The notes beneath the pieces were generated by a model, which saw only the letters and a program-made list of their open reading frames with translations, made no database searches and was not told where the DNA came from. Below are positions 4,900-5,974 of a stretch of DNA of 5,974 bases, piece after piece. The first letter of the stretch is position 1. Every line of letters begins with the position of its first letter. Location of the stretch: positions 1-5,974 of IMG/VR virus record IMGVR_UViG_3300020029_000072; one strand, written 5' to 3'. Made by a program: the position numbers and the translations under genes. The DNA is from a virus.

Positions 4900-5974
4900 T
4901 CAACGATTCGTCCGAGATTGAGAATTTCGAGCGGAGGAGGAGTTTCGAGTACCAGACATCTCACGAATAACATAGCCCTTCGGATTTCCAGCAGCATCAT
5001 AAACAGTAGTACGAGTAGACTGGCTAGAAGTATCAGTACCAATATCAGTGCCGACAGTATTAGTAGAAGATCCAAAACCTCGCATACCACTACGAAACAT
5101 CAAAGTTTGAATAATAGATGTAACAGCCTTAAGCGTTTCCCATTTCCAACGATTTTCCTCGTTTTTCTTCTCGGCAGCCGTCCTACCAGCGGCCTGCTCG
5201 GCCTGCGCAGGTTTCCAAGCCGCAGCCTGAACATCCGCAAGAGTAAGCATACCGAAAAGATCTTTGAGCGAATAAATCTTCTTGTTGCCTGACGAATCCG
5301 TAAGCTCCCAACGCTTATCCCAATTATTCTGAATCTCATGCTGAAGATCTAGAATTTGGTTATACGTCAAACTGGCCAGCTGTTTCTTATACGAAGCATC
5401 AGCCATATTACTTCGAAACATCGACCAAGTAAGAAGCAATTGAGAGTCAAGTTGAAGACGAAGATACTCATTCTGAATATTAGAAGACTTAGCTTTATTA
5501 ATACGATCCTGGTAATCTGCAAGAACGGCATCAATTTCACCTCCAACAGTCCACTGCTTCACAATAAGATCGAAACCAAGAATAGCATTTTGAGTATCAA
5601 TATATTGGGCATCATTTAACTCATGCTTCTCACGAGCTCGCAAGAGAGCAAGCTGGGCGTCATCATACAATTTCTGAAAACCAGCGGCATGCGTAGAGTT
5701 TTCAATCTGATTCGCTTCAGCACGATCACGCTGAGCAGCAGCATTATTACGATCAATAACCGATTGATTGGCCATATTTTGACCTAAGGCGGTCATATCG
5801 AAAGGACCAGAACCAGGGCTAGGAAGACCACCAGAAGGACCATTAGCACCAATAGAACCACCGGTACCACCGGACATAGTAGCATTAACACCAACGCCAG
5901 AGCTACCCAAAACACCAGCAGGAGTAACACCGGCAGCACGATAGCGCTCGAATACCTTAGACGGGTCGTTATAT
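4900..5974 (-). CDS. VP2: VP2 DNA pilot protein, remainder of the gene (C-terminal 317 aa unique to this part, plus the duplicated 121 nt); full product 439 aa
   Basis: The ORF-track entry 4900..5910 starts at a TTG (caa at 5908..5910), which is only the first permitted start in the window. The frame stays open to the window edge. It has a glycine-rich tract (SGGTGGSIGANGPSGGLPSPGSGP), then a long predicted helical Q/L/D/A-rich region and an S/T-rich tail. Stop is TGA at 4902..4900. Confidence 0.85.
   Translation of the reverse strand, partial: YNDPSKVFERYRAAGVTPAGVLGSSGVGVNATMSGGTGGSIGANGPSGGLPSPGSGPFDMTALGQNMANQSVIDRNNAAAQRDRAEANQIENSTHAAGFQKLYDDAQLALLRAREKHELNDAQYIDTQNAILGFDLIVKQWTVGGEIDAVLADYQDRINKAKSSNIQNEYLRLQLDSQLLLTWSMFRSNMADASYKKQLASLTYNQILDLQHEIQNNWDKRWELTDSSGNKKIYSLKDLFGMLTLADVQAAAWKPAQAEQAAGRTAAEKKNEENRWKWETLKAVTSIIQTLMFRSGMRGFGSSTNTVGTDIGTDTSSQSTRTTVYDAAGNPKGYVIREMSGTRNSSSARNSQSRTNR
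5854..5974. repeat. Right copy of the 121-nt terminal direct repeat; implies a circular unit of 5853 nt
   Basis: Identical to 1..121. The window ends exactly where the duplicated stretch ends. Confidence 0.93.

Noticed and set aside
120-5619. All plus-strand track ORFs (120..311, 538..720, 839..1066, 1705..2145, 2686..2889, 3370..3876, 4038..4283, 4611..4814, 4918..5292, 5356..5619)
   Set aside because: Most are antisense to a better-supported minus-strand gene, and 538..720 runs antisense to the small ORF start and the non-coding island. They have K/R/S/T/N/I-rich low-complexity composition, as expected from the A-rich plus strand. Microviridae transcribe a single strand, and none shows a recognisable motif.
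5908-5910. TTG at 5910 as the VP2 start (336-aa product)
   Set aside because: It is merely the first permissible start within the window. The frame is open upstream through the circular junction to the ATG at 366, which has a stop just upstream.
1-5974. tRNA, rRNA, CRISPR arrays, integrase/att sites and toxin-antitoxin or defence cassettes
   Set aside because: I saw no cloverleaf-like segments, no regularly spaced repeats and no tyrosine or serine recombinase-like ORF. The genome is fully accounted for by a compact microvirus layout.

Overview
The window is a complete circular ssDNA phage genome of the family Microviridae, linearised with a 121-nt terminal redundancy. Positions 1..121 are identical to 5854..5974, so the unit length is 5853 nt. 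All credible genes lie on the minus strand, which is T-rich, as expected for a microvirus coding strand. Three hallmark genes are recognisable: major capsid protein VP1 (606 aa), rolling-circle replication initiator VP4 (354 aa, with HUH and YxxxY motifs), and DNA pilot protein VP2. VP2 is split by the linearisation point and is really 439 aa (366..1 joined to 5853..4900), not the 336 aa in the ORF track. The order on the coding strand is: small lipoprotein-like ORF, VP2, AT-rich gap with a Bacteroides-type promoter match, ORF86, ORF97, ORF69/71, VP4, VP1, acidic ORF101, then a GC/CpG-rich structured non-coding island. I saw no integrase, tRNA, CRISPR array or recognisable lysis enzyme. No gene has a Shine-Dalgarno sequence, which together with the TTTG-N19-TAnnTTTG match points weakly to a Bacteroidota host (Alpavirinae-like or related lineage). 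The items most worth follow-up are the signal-peptide/lipobox ORF coupled to VP2, the structured GC-rich intergenic island, the three ORFans between VP2 and VP4, and a hydrophobic out-of-frame ORF nested in the acidic gene, which is probably compositional. No similarity searches could be run. Family calls rest on motif recognition and gene architecture.
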